DNA from: Camelus ferus
Lineage: Eukaryota
Assembly: GCF_009834535.1 (NCBI RefSeq)
Contig: NC_045716.1
Location: 24,552,001-24,616,000, forward strand
DNA: 64,000 nucleotides
Direction: 5' to 3'
Shown here: one piece after another, positions 21,201-33,056 of the stretch
How the letters are laid out: the number at the start of each line of letters is the position of its first letter
Numbering within the stretch: the first letter of the stretch is position 1
Made by a program: the position numbers and the translations under genes
Notes under the pieces: generated by a model
Seen by the model: the letters and a program-made list of their open reading frames with translations, nothing else
Databases searched by the model: none
What the model was told of the DNA's origin: nothing

Positions 21201-23576
21201 ATTGAGAACACCCTTCAATGCTAATTTTATCTCGGAGTCAGTGGGGAGCTGTAGGAAGTTTATAAGCAGAGTAGGGGGTTTATCAGATTAATTTTTTTAG
21301 AAAGACAGATGTCAGCAAGGTGGAGGATAAGTAGAAATGGAGAGAAGGGCAGTTGAAGAATTGTTACAATACCCAGATGAGAAACATTAAGAGTCTGTTG
21401 TTCTAAATCGATGGCAGTAAATGTGAAGATGAGATTAGATGTGAGAGAGGGTTTTGCAGCATTTTTGTTTACCTGCTGGGTATGGGTGGTGAAGGTAAAG
21501 TGTGAGTTGAGGATGACACTGATATTTCTACCTTGGAAGGCAGGTAGATACAGATGGTGATGCCAGTCATTATGTTCAGTGATGAATAAATAGGTACTAA
21601 ATAAATATTCGACCAGTGAAATTATTATAGTAAGAAAGGCATTTCCTGGAAGGAGTAAAAAGGCCCAGAATTCTAGGTCTAGCTCTGGCAATAACTTGCT
21701 AGGCAAGTAACTTAACTTCTCTGAGCCTCAGTTCCATCATCTTTAACGGATGTTCTCAAAGTGAGGTCCAGGGACCCTTTGATCCACAAGGTCAAAACTA
21801 TTTTCACAGCAATAATGTCTCTTCATTCTCACTCTCTCGAGTGCATTGTGCTTTCCAGAGGCTACATGACATGTGAAATTGCAGCAGATTGAATGTAGAG
21901 GCAGATATGAGAATCCTGTTGTCTTCTATTAAGTCAGACATTAAAGTGATGTGCAAAAATGTAAAACAATGCCTCTCTTCTTGCTACATTTTTGTTGTTT
22001 TTGTTTTGGAAAATAGAATTATTTTTCATTAAAATATTTTTATTGGTGGGGAGGGGATAGCTCAGTGGGAGAGTGCCTGCTAAGCATACGTGAGGTCCTA
22101 GGTTCAATCCCCAGTACCTCCATTAAATAAACAAATAAGTAAAAACCTAATCCCCTCCCCCCCATTTAAAAAAAAGAATAAAAGCTGATATTCAAATTCA
22201 TTTACTGAAAAACTTTTTTAAAAAATATTTTTGTTAACATGTAATGGTTTGTTTTTTTTAAAATAAGCGTTTTTAATTTTTTTATTTATAATACCCTTAA
22301 GTATTGATAGCTGTGATCAACATGAAGCTTTTTTCCTCAATAATTTTTAAAAATGTAAGAGTAGAGCTCAGTGGTAGAGCTCCTGCTTAGCATGCACAGG
22401 GTCCTTGGTTCAATCCCCAGTCCCTCCAGTAAATAAACAAATAAGTAAAAACCTAATCCCCTCCCCCCAAAAAGAAAAAAAATAAATAAAAATAAAGGGG
22501 CCCTAAGACCAAAACATATGAAAACTTCTGACCAATAAAATAGGGATACTATCAACCCGTTGTAGTTTTGGTTGTTATAAGATTGGAAGAGACTTTGTAT
22601 GATCACTTTAATAGGCATGAGATGCTGTACAAATAATGAGCTGAATCAGTATTACTGTCATTAATTGTGGTAACTTTTTTTTAAAGATGGAACAGATTAA
22701 GCGTGCAAACCGCCTTTATACTAATGACTCCATCTTCCTGAAGAAAACCCTCTACATCCCCATCCTGACAGAGCCCAGAGACCTGTTCAATGGTTTGGAT
22801 TCTGAGGAAGAGAAGGATGGAGAAGAGGTACAGCCAAGTAAGGATGAAGTTTGGCCACACTCAGCTGAGAGGAAGAAACAAGAGACAGGTTTGGGACATG
22901 CCAATGGTGAAGTCCTTCCCATGCCTGGCCAGGAGCCCCCGACTCCCATCCATGACCTCTCTGCCTCTGATTTCCTTAAGAAGCTTGATTCACAGATCAG
23001 CCTGTCAAAGAAGGCTGCTACCCAGAAGCTGAAAAAAGGGAAAAGTGGGTGAGTCTTGAATGATTCCTTTTAAATCCCTCCATAGACTTCTCTGTACTTC
23101 CAACCTTAGCTGACCAGACACGAAGTAGGTAAACACAGTGTCACTGGAAGCCTGGTGAAGCCTTTTCCTCCAGGTCACCCCAAGGCAATGAGCAGAGCCT
23201 ATGGCTACTGCAGTGGGCAGAGGCACTGGGAAATGGCTCTGTGTTCTCACTGCACTGATGATCCACGAAAGGAGCATTAGGGTTGGTATTTATTGAGAGG
23301 GTATCGAGGCTCCATCTTAAAGTAACCAGCACATGTTTATTAGGAGAGGAGGACAGCTTCCTGTGTACCTGTTCACTCGGCCAGTCTCAGGCTCTTCCCC
23401 TGATCTGTCACTCTTTCCCCGCTTTTCTCACCTGCAGGGTACCTGGGGAGGATTCAGGTCTTCACCTGAGCTCTCCTCGGATGCAGCAACGAGCAGTCCT
23501 GGGTCCTGTGCCGCTGACCCGGACCTCTCGGACCCAGACACTTCGGGACCAGGAGGATGAAATCTTCAAACTCTGA
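18230..23576 (+). CDS. LYSMD1: LysM and putative peptidoglycan-binding domain-containing protein 1, 226 aa
   Basis: Exons 18230-18409, 22687-23048, 23438-23576, GT-AG, total 681 nt. The LysM motif HQLAPGDTLAGLALKYGVT/MEQIKRANRL is split by intron 1; ends ...RDQEDEIFKL*. Confidence 0.96.
18680..18850 (-). mobile_element. MIR
   Basis: TTTTTAGAGATGAAGAAACTGAGACTTAG...GACCAAGGTCA core in antisense. Confidence 0.7.
20108..20181 (+). mobile_element. 74-bp extreme 3' end of an L1 inserted into a MIR
   Basis: TGTGTTGTACACCTGAAACTAATATAATATTGTAAGTCAAT, with a 14-bp TSD TTTAAAGATAAGGA at 20094-20107 and 20182-20195. Confidence 0.8.
20790..21590 (-). mobile_element. L2 fragment
   Basis: CATTCATGAGCTTCTGCTGTGTGCCAAG...CAGATTAATTTTTTTAGAAAGAC...GATGCCAGTCATT is antisense L2. 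Confidence 0.6.
22045..22180 (+). mobile_element. Vic-1-like SINE inserted into a hAT element
   Basis: GGGGAGGGGATAGCTCAGTGG...GGTTCAATCCCCAGTACCTCC plus tail. Confidence 0.88.
22361..22496 (+). mobile_element. Vic-1-like SINE (5' clipped) inserted into the same hAT element
   Basis: AGCTCAGTGGTAGAGC...GGTTCAATCCCCAG plus an A-rich tail. Confidence 0.88.
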
Positions 23577-24255
23577 TGTCCCCAGAAATGATTGAGAGAA
23601 GCAAGATGTTGAAGGAGCAACTTGAGGGGGAGAGGAGCCTGAGGTGAGGCTCAAGAACATGGCTTCCCAGCCCAGCTCCCTTACTCCTGCCATCTTCCCA
23701 GCCTCCTTGTCCATCCAGAGTTACTTGGCCTGGAGCAGTTCTACTGGCAAGGGTAGGGGATGGGAATTAGACCCCTTCTCAGTTCTTGGGCTGAATCTAG
23801 CATTGGCCTTTAGATTCAAAAGGCTCTTTTAACATCCCTGCTGCCTTTCCCACCCGTTTCACCATCCCTTGGCCTTAGAGCAGGGAGGCAGGGACTCACC
23901 TGGCCCCCAACTTCCTCCCCATCTCCAACTGTGTTACCTAATTTATTTGGTGCTATTTTGAAGTAATATTTATTTGCTGTATCTTATTCTTTCCCACTCT
24001 TAGTTGAAAAATGGGATTTCTAGATCCTTGGGGTGAGGGGAACCCCAGAACAGTGAGTGAGCCAGTGACTGCTGGCTCCCGACCTTTCCCACCTTCCCCA
24101 ACCGTGTTATTGAGAATGGGTGTCGGTGATCTAGCCCCAGTGCAGGGAATGGCAGATGGTGCAGGGCCTCTCCCCAGTCTCAAGACTTTGGGCTCAGTTG
24201 TAGTTAACCAGGTCACTATAACTTTTCCACAACTTTGCTTTGAGAGAAAAATGGC

Positions 24256-24261
24256 AATAAA
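24256..24261 (+). terminator. Candidate LYSMD1 polyadenylation signal
   Basis: AATAAA about 680 nt after the stop codon. Confidence 0.45.
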
Positions 24262-24677
24262 GGGTCTGGAACACTCCATGTCCCCAGTTCACCCATCTAA
24301 TCTGCTCCTCTGTTCAGCCTGTGTGAGGCTAAGGGACGGAGGAAGAATTGCCTTGGAGTTTAAAGAGCAGGACAGTTGTGGGAGTCTCTTTGTGATCCCC
24401 TGTCCCCACCAGAGCCTCGTGATCTATGCCTTGCTCCTCACTGCATATTTATTTGCAATTTGTAGCACTGATCTGCAGTACAGGATTTTTTGAGTTTCTT
24501 AAACAGAACAAGTAGGCAAGAGCACTCCAGTGATACTGGAAATATGCCTCAGTCTCCTGTATGGAAATGGTGAGAGGTGAGAAAGGCGGTGTTTATATAC
24601 CTCTTTCCTCTGTGACGATCGTAAAATCTAAGAAGCTGGAGAGATTAAACATTGAGCTCTGTGCATGTTTTCATAGT

Positions 24678-24683
24678 TTTATT
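24678..24683 (-). terminator. Candidate TNFAIP8L2 polyadenylation signal
   Basis: TTTATT on + (AATAAA on -), about 500 nt after the stop codon. Confidence 0.5.
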
Positions 24684-25180
24684 TCCTCTGTGAGCCTCTC
24701 CCCTGCCCTAGCCCCGTCTTCCCTGCACTCTGGAGCAGAGCCGCTGCCGCCGTCCAGGCTCTGCCTGCAGCTGAAGCTCTAGCGTGTCTCTGAGGGCCTC
24801 CTCCCCACTTCTGTCTTTAGTGTCCCCAGAGGAGTTAGGGTGGCTACGCCCCCCCTCCCCTGGTTCCAAGGACAGGGGGCTTGCCTGTTTGGAACATCCC
24901 TTATGGGGAAAACAGAGATCCAGGTTTCACTTCATCTTTTTCAGGCAGCTTTGTTTCCTGTCTAGGGGCTGGACTGGGAGAGAGGCCTCAACCCTCAGCA
25001 TGGCTTCTTCTCCACCCGCACTTTGGGGGCGGGGTGGACTCAGTCAAAAACACTCTTGGGAAGGACTGAAGCCTGGGGCTGAAAAGCATTAGTGCAGAGG
25101 AGCAGGGTTAGAAAGCCCATTGTCTGTGGTTCTCTCAGTCAGCCATTTTGCCAAGAAGGACCGCGCTGGGCCGCGGGCCC

Positions 25181-25735
25181 TCAGAGCTTCCCCTCGTCCA
25201 GCAGCTTCCTGAGCCCGTCGCAGAGCCGGCCGAGGTGCTGCGTGAAGTCAGGCCCGTAGAGGGCCGTGAGCAGCCCGGGGTCAGAGAAGTGGTCGAACAC
25301 GTGGCGGATGCGGCCGTGAGACTTGGGCGTGAGGTGGGGCGCCACCAGGTCCAGCAGCATGTCCCGGCACTCGGCCAGCAGGCCAGCCAGCACGGCGGCC
25401 TCGAAGGTGAAGTCCACCTCGCCGAAGCTGAGCGCTGTCATGGCGCCCTGGCGCAGCTTCTGGCGGAAGCGGGTGGCCAGGGCCAGCTCCCCGGGGCCGA
25501 AGCAGCCGCTGCGGTGCAGCACGGCCACCTTGACGGCCACCTTGATCAGGTCCTTGATCACCCGCTGCGCCTGGGGCCGGCTGTGTGTGTACTCTTTGGA
25601 CACACGGTAGAGCTCATCGAGCACCTGGCTGCTCGTCTCATCGATGAAGAGATGAGCCACAGACCGACCCGCCATCTTACTCAGTAGCTTCTTCTCGGCC
25701 TGCAGGACCAGACTCTTGGAACTGAAGGACTCCAT
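25181..25735 (-). CDS. TNFAIP8L2: TNF alpha-induced protein 8-like 2 (TIPE2), 184 aa, single coding exon
   Basis: ORF MESFSSKSLVLQAEKKLLSKMAGRSVAHLFIDE...LRKLLDEGKL* with good Kozak (GAGCCATGG). The exon acceptor TTCTAG| lies at 25779/25778. Confidence 0.98.
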   Translation of the reverse strand: MESFSSKSLVLQAEKKLLSKMAGRSVAHLFIDETSSQVLDELYRVSKEYTHSRPQAQRVIKDLIKVAVKVAVLHRSGCFGPGELALATRFRQKLRQGAMTALSFGEVDFTFEAAVLAGLLAECRDMLLDLVAPHLTPKSHGRIRHVFDHFSDPGLLTALYGPDFTQHLGRLCDGLRKLLDEGKL

Positions 25736-26309
25736 GGCTCCTGGGAGGGGGTGGGGAGGTGAGGTATGGGGTCAGTCACTAGAAGAAAGGCCACAGGCTT
25801 CCTTAGAAAGAGAGAAATGGCTTTTCCCCTTTCTGTCTCTGGTTTCTGTCTCATCATCATCTTTGTCATCTTTTTCCCCCTGGGTCCCCTCAGCCCTCTG
25901 TGCCTTGTTCCCATTTTCCCCTTTAGTACTGTGGGAAATCTTGATCTCTAAAACAGCCTCGAGGAGCAGTCCTAGCTTTGGCTGGAGGACTGAAGGTGCA
26001 CAGGAGGCTAGCCCACCACCAGTTAAGACCTAAGGGGAAGTAAGCTGTTGCTACTACTGCGGAGCAGACAAAGCTACCTGGCAGGTAGCTCTCACAGCTG
26101 CCATTTTTGGACGCTGACTGGGTACCATACATCTATGGGCTCTAGGTTTTACTGTCCTTGTTTTACAGCTGAGCAAACTGAGGCTTACATTAGATAATGT
26201 ATCCAAGCTCGAGCACAACTGGTTTCCTAACTCCAGAAGCCGGTGTCAGCTGGTGTGCTGTACTGCCTTACACAGGTGAGAGATACAGCGGTCCCGGGAG
26301 TCCTGATAA

Positions 26310-26495
26310 AGATAATAACTAACATTTATTGAGAACCTACTATATGCCAGGCGCTCTATGTGAAATATCTTGGTCTTCCTAACTCTTTGTAAGGTAGGTA
26401 TCCCCAATTTGCAGTGAGAAAAATGAAGCTAAGAGAAATTAAGCAACTTGACTAAAGTCACTAGCAAATGATAAAAGTGGGCTTTGAACCAAAGA
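26310..26495 (-). mobile_element. MIR
   Basis: TAACATTTATTGAGAACCTACTATATGCCAGG...GAGAAAAATGAAGCTAAGAGAAATTAAGCAACTTG. Confidence 0.7.
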
Positions 26496-27403
26496 ATCAA
26501 AAGAAACCTCCTTCCCTGGAATGTTCCCGGTGAGGCTGAAGCGCAGTGAGGAACCCTGAGAGACAGGCCCTCAGGGCAGTCCTAGAGAACTCAGGGCCTC
26601 TGCTGCGACTGAGCTGAGGACCCCCGGCGGCCCGTCAGCTGCATGTGTCCAGGGCGTGCTCCCCATGGTCCTCGCCTGTGCCGGTTCTGCTTGTTTTGCT
26701 TCTTACTTCCCCCTCCCCTGCTCTGCAGGATGTGGCTGTGACCGCAGTGAGGAGCAGCCTCGCCCTCTCCCCCAACCAAAATGGGAGTCTGAAGAGGCAG
26801 GGGAGGTGGGTGGCCGGGGGGGTTCTACCCCGGCCGAATCAGTCCTCTGGGAACCTGGAACCTCGCTCTGCTCCGGGCTTTGGTGGGGGCTTTCAGAACC
26901 ACGCTCCATGGCCGGAAGAGGAGATTGCTCCATGTGAGCCTGCCTTCCTCCTTGGCCTTCCTGTTACCCAGCTCTCACTGTCCCCGATGCCATCTCACAT
27001 TTGCTCCACTGTCTTCTCCTTCTCTCCCTGTTTCAGTCTCCCTTTTTCTCTTGCCTGGCCTGCCCTGTGATCCTCTGGCCATGCTCTCCCTCTGTGCCAT
27101 GCTCTCCCTCTGGCCCTTGTGTCTATCTCCATGTCTCCGAAGGTTTTGCATCTCTCAGTAGCCTGTCACATACCCATATCCATTGTCATCCCTCAGCCCT
27201 GCCCCCACCCACCCTGAACCACGTCTTTCTTTCTGAGGCTGCCTTGCCCCAGGAAAAAAACTGAGCTGGACCTCCCCACTGGGGACTCAAGAATTCTATC
27301 AAATGAGAGTCTCACAATATGGAAAACTCAGGCTGACAGAGCTGGGACTCTTCTGCCACCATCACCCTTATAGCCTACCCTTCTATCATTGCCGGTCCCT
27401 CAC

Positions 27404-27490
27404 CTGCTGTCCCCTGGGTGCCAGTCTTGCCTTGGATGTTCCGGGAGAGCTGACAGAATGGAGAAGCTCCTAAGTGAGAGGCCCTTTGGC
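27404..27490 (-). other. TNFAIP8L2: Non-coding exon 1 of TNFAIP8L2 (5' end approximate)
   Basis: Strong minus-strand donor CAG|GTGAGG at 27404/27403. Exon text ...CCAAGGCAAGACTGGCACCCAG... resembles the recalled human 5'UTR. GC box at about 27507. Confidence 0.6.
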
Positions 27491-30400
27491 CTAGCTCCAC
27501 CTCCAAGCCCCGCCTCCCTGCTCTGTGCTCAACCTCCGGTTCATCACACTGTCACCCAGGTCTATGTCCCGAGAGTCTCCTAGAAATAAGACAGAGGTCC
27601 AAAGGAATACCACTCTGTAGGAAATAGGCTTGATCCTTTGAGGTGAGAAGGAGGGTTGCACATCCCTTGCTCCCAAATCATTTGTCTGCTTCTTTCTTTC
27701 CTTGTTGTCCAATTCCTTGAGACTTTGTTTCTCCTTGTATTTCTGTGGTAATGGGGAAAATGTTAAGTACAAATTGCCGGGGTGGGGATCAGTGGGGCAA
27801 GTTCTGAAGTTTGAACTGAACTTAGACTGGGGATACCAGAGGCAGGTTAGAGATGAGCAGGTCTGAGTGTGTCCCTTGGAGTCTCCAGGGAAGGGTGATG
27901 CATGGGGCATTACTGCAAGAATGTGTTTCCAGTGCCTGCCCAGCTGAGGGTGTCTACACCCTTAATACTGGGGAGAAGAAGGTGCTGGGGTCAGGGCGGC
28001 CGAACCAGATATGACCAGCAGGTGTCAGCACATCACTGAACCATTAAACAAGCTTACTGTGCTTTGTAGCTGCTAACAGGATACAAAAATGAAGGTAAGT
28101 CACAGTTCTTGCATGAGGCAAAATTATTTACCATCAACAATCTTGTAAGCCTGGTCAGGGAGAGAAATGGAAGCACACATAACTGTAATACACGCCAAAT
28201 GATGGCTTTAGCTTTAATAGAAGTTTAAGGAATTATGAGAGTAAAAAGCAATTTAGATTCTTTCTGATAGGAGGGCTGAAGAAGTAGACTTAGAAGGATG
28301 GATTTAACTACTTAATAGGCAGAATGTGGAAGAAATGCTTCTCAGATAATGGGGATAAGCATGAGCCACCCAGCAAATAAAGATAATACAGGGCACATTC
28401 AGGAAGTGGTGATTTATTCTGTATGTCTGGAGCATAGGTTGTTTGAAAAAGAAGTGAAGGGGGAAAAAGACCAGATCATGGAAGGCTTTAAAGGAGTTGT
28501 TCAAGGCCTCAGGCTTTTGCTGTAGAGAGAAGGGAGACATCAAAGATTTTTGATCAGGGGAGTGAAATCATTAGCACAGTGGGAATGGGTTAGAGGCTCC
28601 AGTAAATTTTGAGCTGAGCGAAGGGCGTGCTTAGAAGGAAGTGATCAGTGGTATAGCTTGCTTAAGCACAGGATGAGAACCAATGAGAGACTTTGGGATC
28701 TGGTGATTTTATGAGAAGTTCTAGCAGGCAGGGGAGAATTGGAAAGTTATCTGGCTGTGAGAAGTTGAAGAGTAAGTTGAAGTTAAGAAGTTGAGGCAGC
28801 CAGCATACCACTGACCCTGCTGGCTCTCCAGTGGCTCTCCTTGGAGACAGTGGTTGGGTCTTTGTTCGTTTCTTTCTCCTACCTCTCTCAGCCCAGGGTC
28901 CAGATCTGAGGGTCCTTGATACAGGTTGGATTGGGAAATGTGAACAACTCCTTTAAGGAGTGTGGTGGTAGAGGGATGAAGAGAAATGGAAAGATAGGTT
29001 AAGGGGATGGGGAGCTGGACTGAGAGAGGAACTATTTTTAGTTTGGAGTTTGAGGACATTTGTAGGCTGAGACAAAGGAGCCGGTGGAGAGGGAGGCTTA
29101 GAAAATGTAAAGGAGAGGAGGTAATGTTTATGGAGCAAGGTGTGGGGGCAGATGGAAAAGAATGAACTGTGAGTTCAGGGGAGGGAAGTGAGAGGAGAGA
29201 GCAGGCCATGCCGTTTGTTGGGTGCACTCCGCTAGATCGTATATAAATATCTCATTTCATTCCCTGATACCTTTATGAATTACATGCACTGCATCCTTTT
29301 TGCTGATGAAAAACACTAAGGCTTAAAGAGATTAGATAACCTGACCCCAAATTAGAGAGCTAAGTAATGACAGGCTGAGAACCTTGTGATTCCCAAGCCT
29401 CTGCTTTTTTTTGATAATGAACGTGGCAGTATTCTACTCCTGTACGCTCTGTCACTTTACTGATCATGCACCCGGGGACAGTAGTAGGTGGCACTGCCAA
29501 AATCACAGGAAAAGTACAAGTCCTTTTTAAAAGAAATGCATAATCTAATTGGAAGATAAGAAGAGTGAAAATACAAGTAGATGTAAATACACTAATACCT
29601 TCCGAATCCAGAATTCTGCCGCCAGCTCCTTGCCTGTTTACCTCTCCAGCTTCACCTTGTGCTCTGCTCTAGCCATCCTGTAATTCTCTCAGCTCCTCCA
29701 GTACTCAGCATGGTTGGCTTCTCTCTCTCCCTCTCCTTCTACCTCTTCCTGTGCTCTAGACTTTCCCGCTTCTCATCTCTCTTCCCGTGCATACCTCTTC
29801 CCTGCCCTGTTAATTCCTACCCATCCTTCAGGCCTCAGCTGGAAAGTCGTATGAAGCCGTCATGACTGGGAAGCCATCATGACTCCCTAAACTACATTAG
29901 ATCCTCTGTTAGGTAGTCCTGTAGAGCTGCAAACCTCCCCTATTATGACAGTCACTCTTCATTGTAATTTGTGACTTTATTAACTGCCTCTATACCAGAC
30001 TGTAAACGCCATGAGGGCAGGGATTATACTTTAGTGCCTGGCATGACTGTGCTCAATAAATATTTGCTGGAAAAAAAAAATTCAAAACACATCCAAGAAC
30101 TAGCAGAGAAGGGGAAATGGTAGCAACGTAAGAGTTACATATTATGTTATTGGCTTCACTCATGTGGAAGTCTTTCTTTTATTTTCTTTTAATCTATACC
30201 TATTTCTAGTAATCTTCTCTGAGCCCACAGCATATAATCAGTAGCAAATCAAAAGAGGAAAGAGGAGCTTTCAGAAACAAGACCACCGGTGAGAATTAAC
30301 ACAGATAGCAAGAGGAGGCTAGGAAAACGGAAAAGCAGACAGTTGGAAATTGCAGCGTTGCTGGCCCTGTAGAGGATGAGCAAACGGTATCAACTACACA

Positions 30401-31750
30401 TACTCTAGACCTTGGGGTCCTCACTGTTGTCCTGGACAAAAGTTCACAGTGCTTCCTCTGAGTAAGCAAAAATCTGGATAATGATGATATCTTAAATGTG
30501 TGAGGCACTTTGAGATTTACAAAACATTTCACTTACGTTATCTTACTTCATCCTGTGAGGCAGGCAGGCAGGTAAAGTGTCCACACAGAGATGACAGACT
30601 CAGCCTTAGAGATAAAGAGGTTTATCTTTGGAGGTCAGTCTATGTCTTAATGACTCCTAGTTGTGGTCTTTCCACTATATAATCCACAGGAAATTAATAT
30701 CTTTCTGAATAATCCCTATTTGAAACAGTTAAAATGAAAATGTTTTGCATTTAATTGGGTAAATTCAAAGTATCTGGAAAAATACTCAGAATGGAACATT
30801 CCTATGTTTCTGCTCAGCTGAGGTTTTCCCGTAGTTGGGATCAGGACTCTCAAACCAGTTCAGGAAGAGAGAGTTGAGTGTGATTTGAAGCAGTCAAGCA
30901 ACACTTCAGCCTGACATAGCTGAGGTAGTGCACACTTATTTCTTCCTCTACTTACTATATTCCAGGCATTACGACTAAGTACTAGAGATACAAAGATAAA
31001 AGACAAGCTTCCTGTCTTTAGAGTAAGTGGTAAATACCTATGAAAAATCCAAATGAAAGTATCCAATAAGCAATTATAAAAGCGAGTTTAAAGCTCAGGA
31101 GAAAGACCAAGGTTATAGATATTTATGGTGAGCAGCACATAACTAGTTACTGTAAATCTTGGTGTGGACGATCTTGGCCAGTGCGGGTGTCTAGAGCAAG
31201 AAGAGCTAGCTCAGGATATGACCCGAGGGAACACTGACATTTAAGGAGAGATCAGAGAAGGCTGAGAAAGAGTGGCCGCATTAAGAGAAGTGAAGCCATT
31301 TATTCACTTAAAAAATATGTATCTATTAAGTCCCTAGCCTTTGTCAAGAGAAAGAAGGACCCAGGAGCCAAAAGAGGAGAGCATTTCAAGAAAGGAAGGG
31401 TCAGCAGGGCCAAATGCAAAGGATAAAAGAGGGCAAAAGGATAAAGACTGGAGAGCTGTTCATTGGATGTGACAAGGAGGCCTTTAGTGGCCTTGCTGAG
31501 AACAATCTCAGTGGAGTGATGGGGGCCAGAACTAAAATGATTGAGAAGGTGGGGAAAGGGTACAACAAGTATGGGTGGCTCTAGAAATTTAGCTGTGAAG
31601 GGAAGAGAGAAGGTGAGTGGTGGCTAAATACAGGCAAAGATCAAGGGAAATTTTAGAATTTTTTTTCTTTCAATCATGGGAGATTGTTGAGCATGTGTAT
31701 ATGCAGAGGGGGAAATGTCAGTAGAAAAGGAGCAGTTAGAAATGAAGGAA

Positions 31751-31890
31751 GGTGGGGAGGGCATAGCTCAGCGGTAGAGCATGTGCTTAGCATGCACAAG
31801 GTCCCAGGTTCAATCCCCAGTACCTCCATTAAAAAATAAATAAATCTAATTACCTCCCCCACAAGAAAAAAAGTTTTAAATGAAAAAAAT
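31751..31890 (+). mobile_element. Vic-1-like SINE
   Basis: GGGGAGGGCATAGCTCAGCGGTAGAGC...GGTTCAATCCCCAGTACCTCCATTAAAAAATAAATAAATCTAATTACCTCCCCC. Confidence 0.9.
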
Positions 31891-33026
31891 TAAGGAAGGA
31901 GAAAATATTTGAAGACATATGGCATAAAACCCCTGAGTAGGAGATAGAGAGTCAGATTTATTCAACCAATGTGTTAATAGTTAATAGCTGCAATGTGATA
32001 AATGCAAAGGATACAGTGGTGAGCAAGACAGACATAGGCCTGAGTGCATGGAGCTACAGTAAAGCAGAAAGGTGTGCCTTCGACAGGCATACGACAAGCA
32101 TCCTCATGTGCTGGGATGAGAGAGATGTGAGAATGCAGCTAAGTGCATCTCTAGAGGGCAAAAGGTTGGTGGAATTCCCACCTTTTAACCTCTGTTTTCT
32201 CTGAAGGTGGATGGGGTTCTGCTAAGATGAGCAAGGATACTGTGAGGAAAGGATCTTAAGAAGCAGGCATTTGGCATAGTTACTTGTAGGGATTGGGAGA
32301 CGGTCATTTTCCAAGCTTGGAGATCCTGAATTTATTAAAGGCTCCAATCTGTGCAACTGTGATTTTTTTTCTCAGAAGATCCTGGGGAATAGGAAGAGAA
32401 TCATTTGGTTTGTCCTTTGAAATATCTCTCAGAGTCATCCATTTCTTTCCATACCCAATGCCAGCATCCTTGTCTGACAGGCTTTCTCCCCTCATCCTTA
32501 AACTGTCCTGTTTTCTTGCTAGAAGATCTCCTTGTCTTCTTGCTGAAATACAGCATTTGACAATAACACCTTTATCTAAGAACTTAGGATTGTGAACAGC
32601 CACACCAACACCAAGTTAACAGAATACATTTCTGACTCAAAAAACACAAAAAACAAAACTTGAAACGATATCCTGTTCGTATTCCTAGCAAATTATTTTA
32701 ACCTACTCACTCGGTATCCCAGGCCTTCCATAATTTGCCTCCTTCTTCCCCTGCCCTCTGCTTCTAACTAGTATCTTTTACATATCACATGGGCCCTTTT
32801 TTATCCGTGTTTCAGGTTCCATGCTCACCAAGTAAAAGCTTTTGCTGAAGCTGAAGCTGTGTTCCTCTTTGGAACACTTTCTCCTTTCTTTTGCACCAAG
32901 CCAGCTCCCACCAAAGTTCTCCCAGCCTCCGTGATAAAATATATCCACATCTTTCCCTGCTGTCACCATGAAGAACATTTATTGTTCTTTCTTTCATTTA
33001 GGAATTATGTTCAATGTAGCTTGGAG

Positions 33027-33056
33027 GGTTTGTTTGTTTGTTTGTTTGTTTGTTTT
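33027..33056. repeat. (GTTT)n microsatellite
   Basis: About 7 GTTT units, seen directly. Confidence 0.9.

Larger units (their letters stand above)
21748..22530. mobile_element. hAT-Charlie non-autonomous DNA transposon interrupted by two SINEs
   Basis: Starts ...GTTCTCAAAGTGAGGTCCAGGGACC, contains CCAGAGGCTACATGACATGTGA...CAGATATGAGAATCC, ends AGGGGCCCTAAGACCAAAACATATGAAAACTTCTG. Subfamily not resolved. Confidence 0.65.

Noticed and set aside
25148-25687. 179-aa plus-strand ORF
   Set aside because: Antisense shadow of the TNFAIP8L2 CDS.
32304-32603. 99-aa protein-like ORF (MAVHNPKFLDKG...)
   Set aside because: The nucleotide text (GGCATTGGGTATGGAAAGAAATGGATGACTCTGAGAGATATTT) resembles degenerate L2 read antisense. 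It has a GTG start and no recognisable homology.
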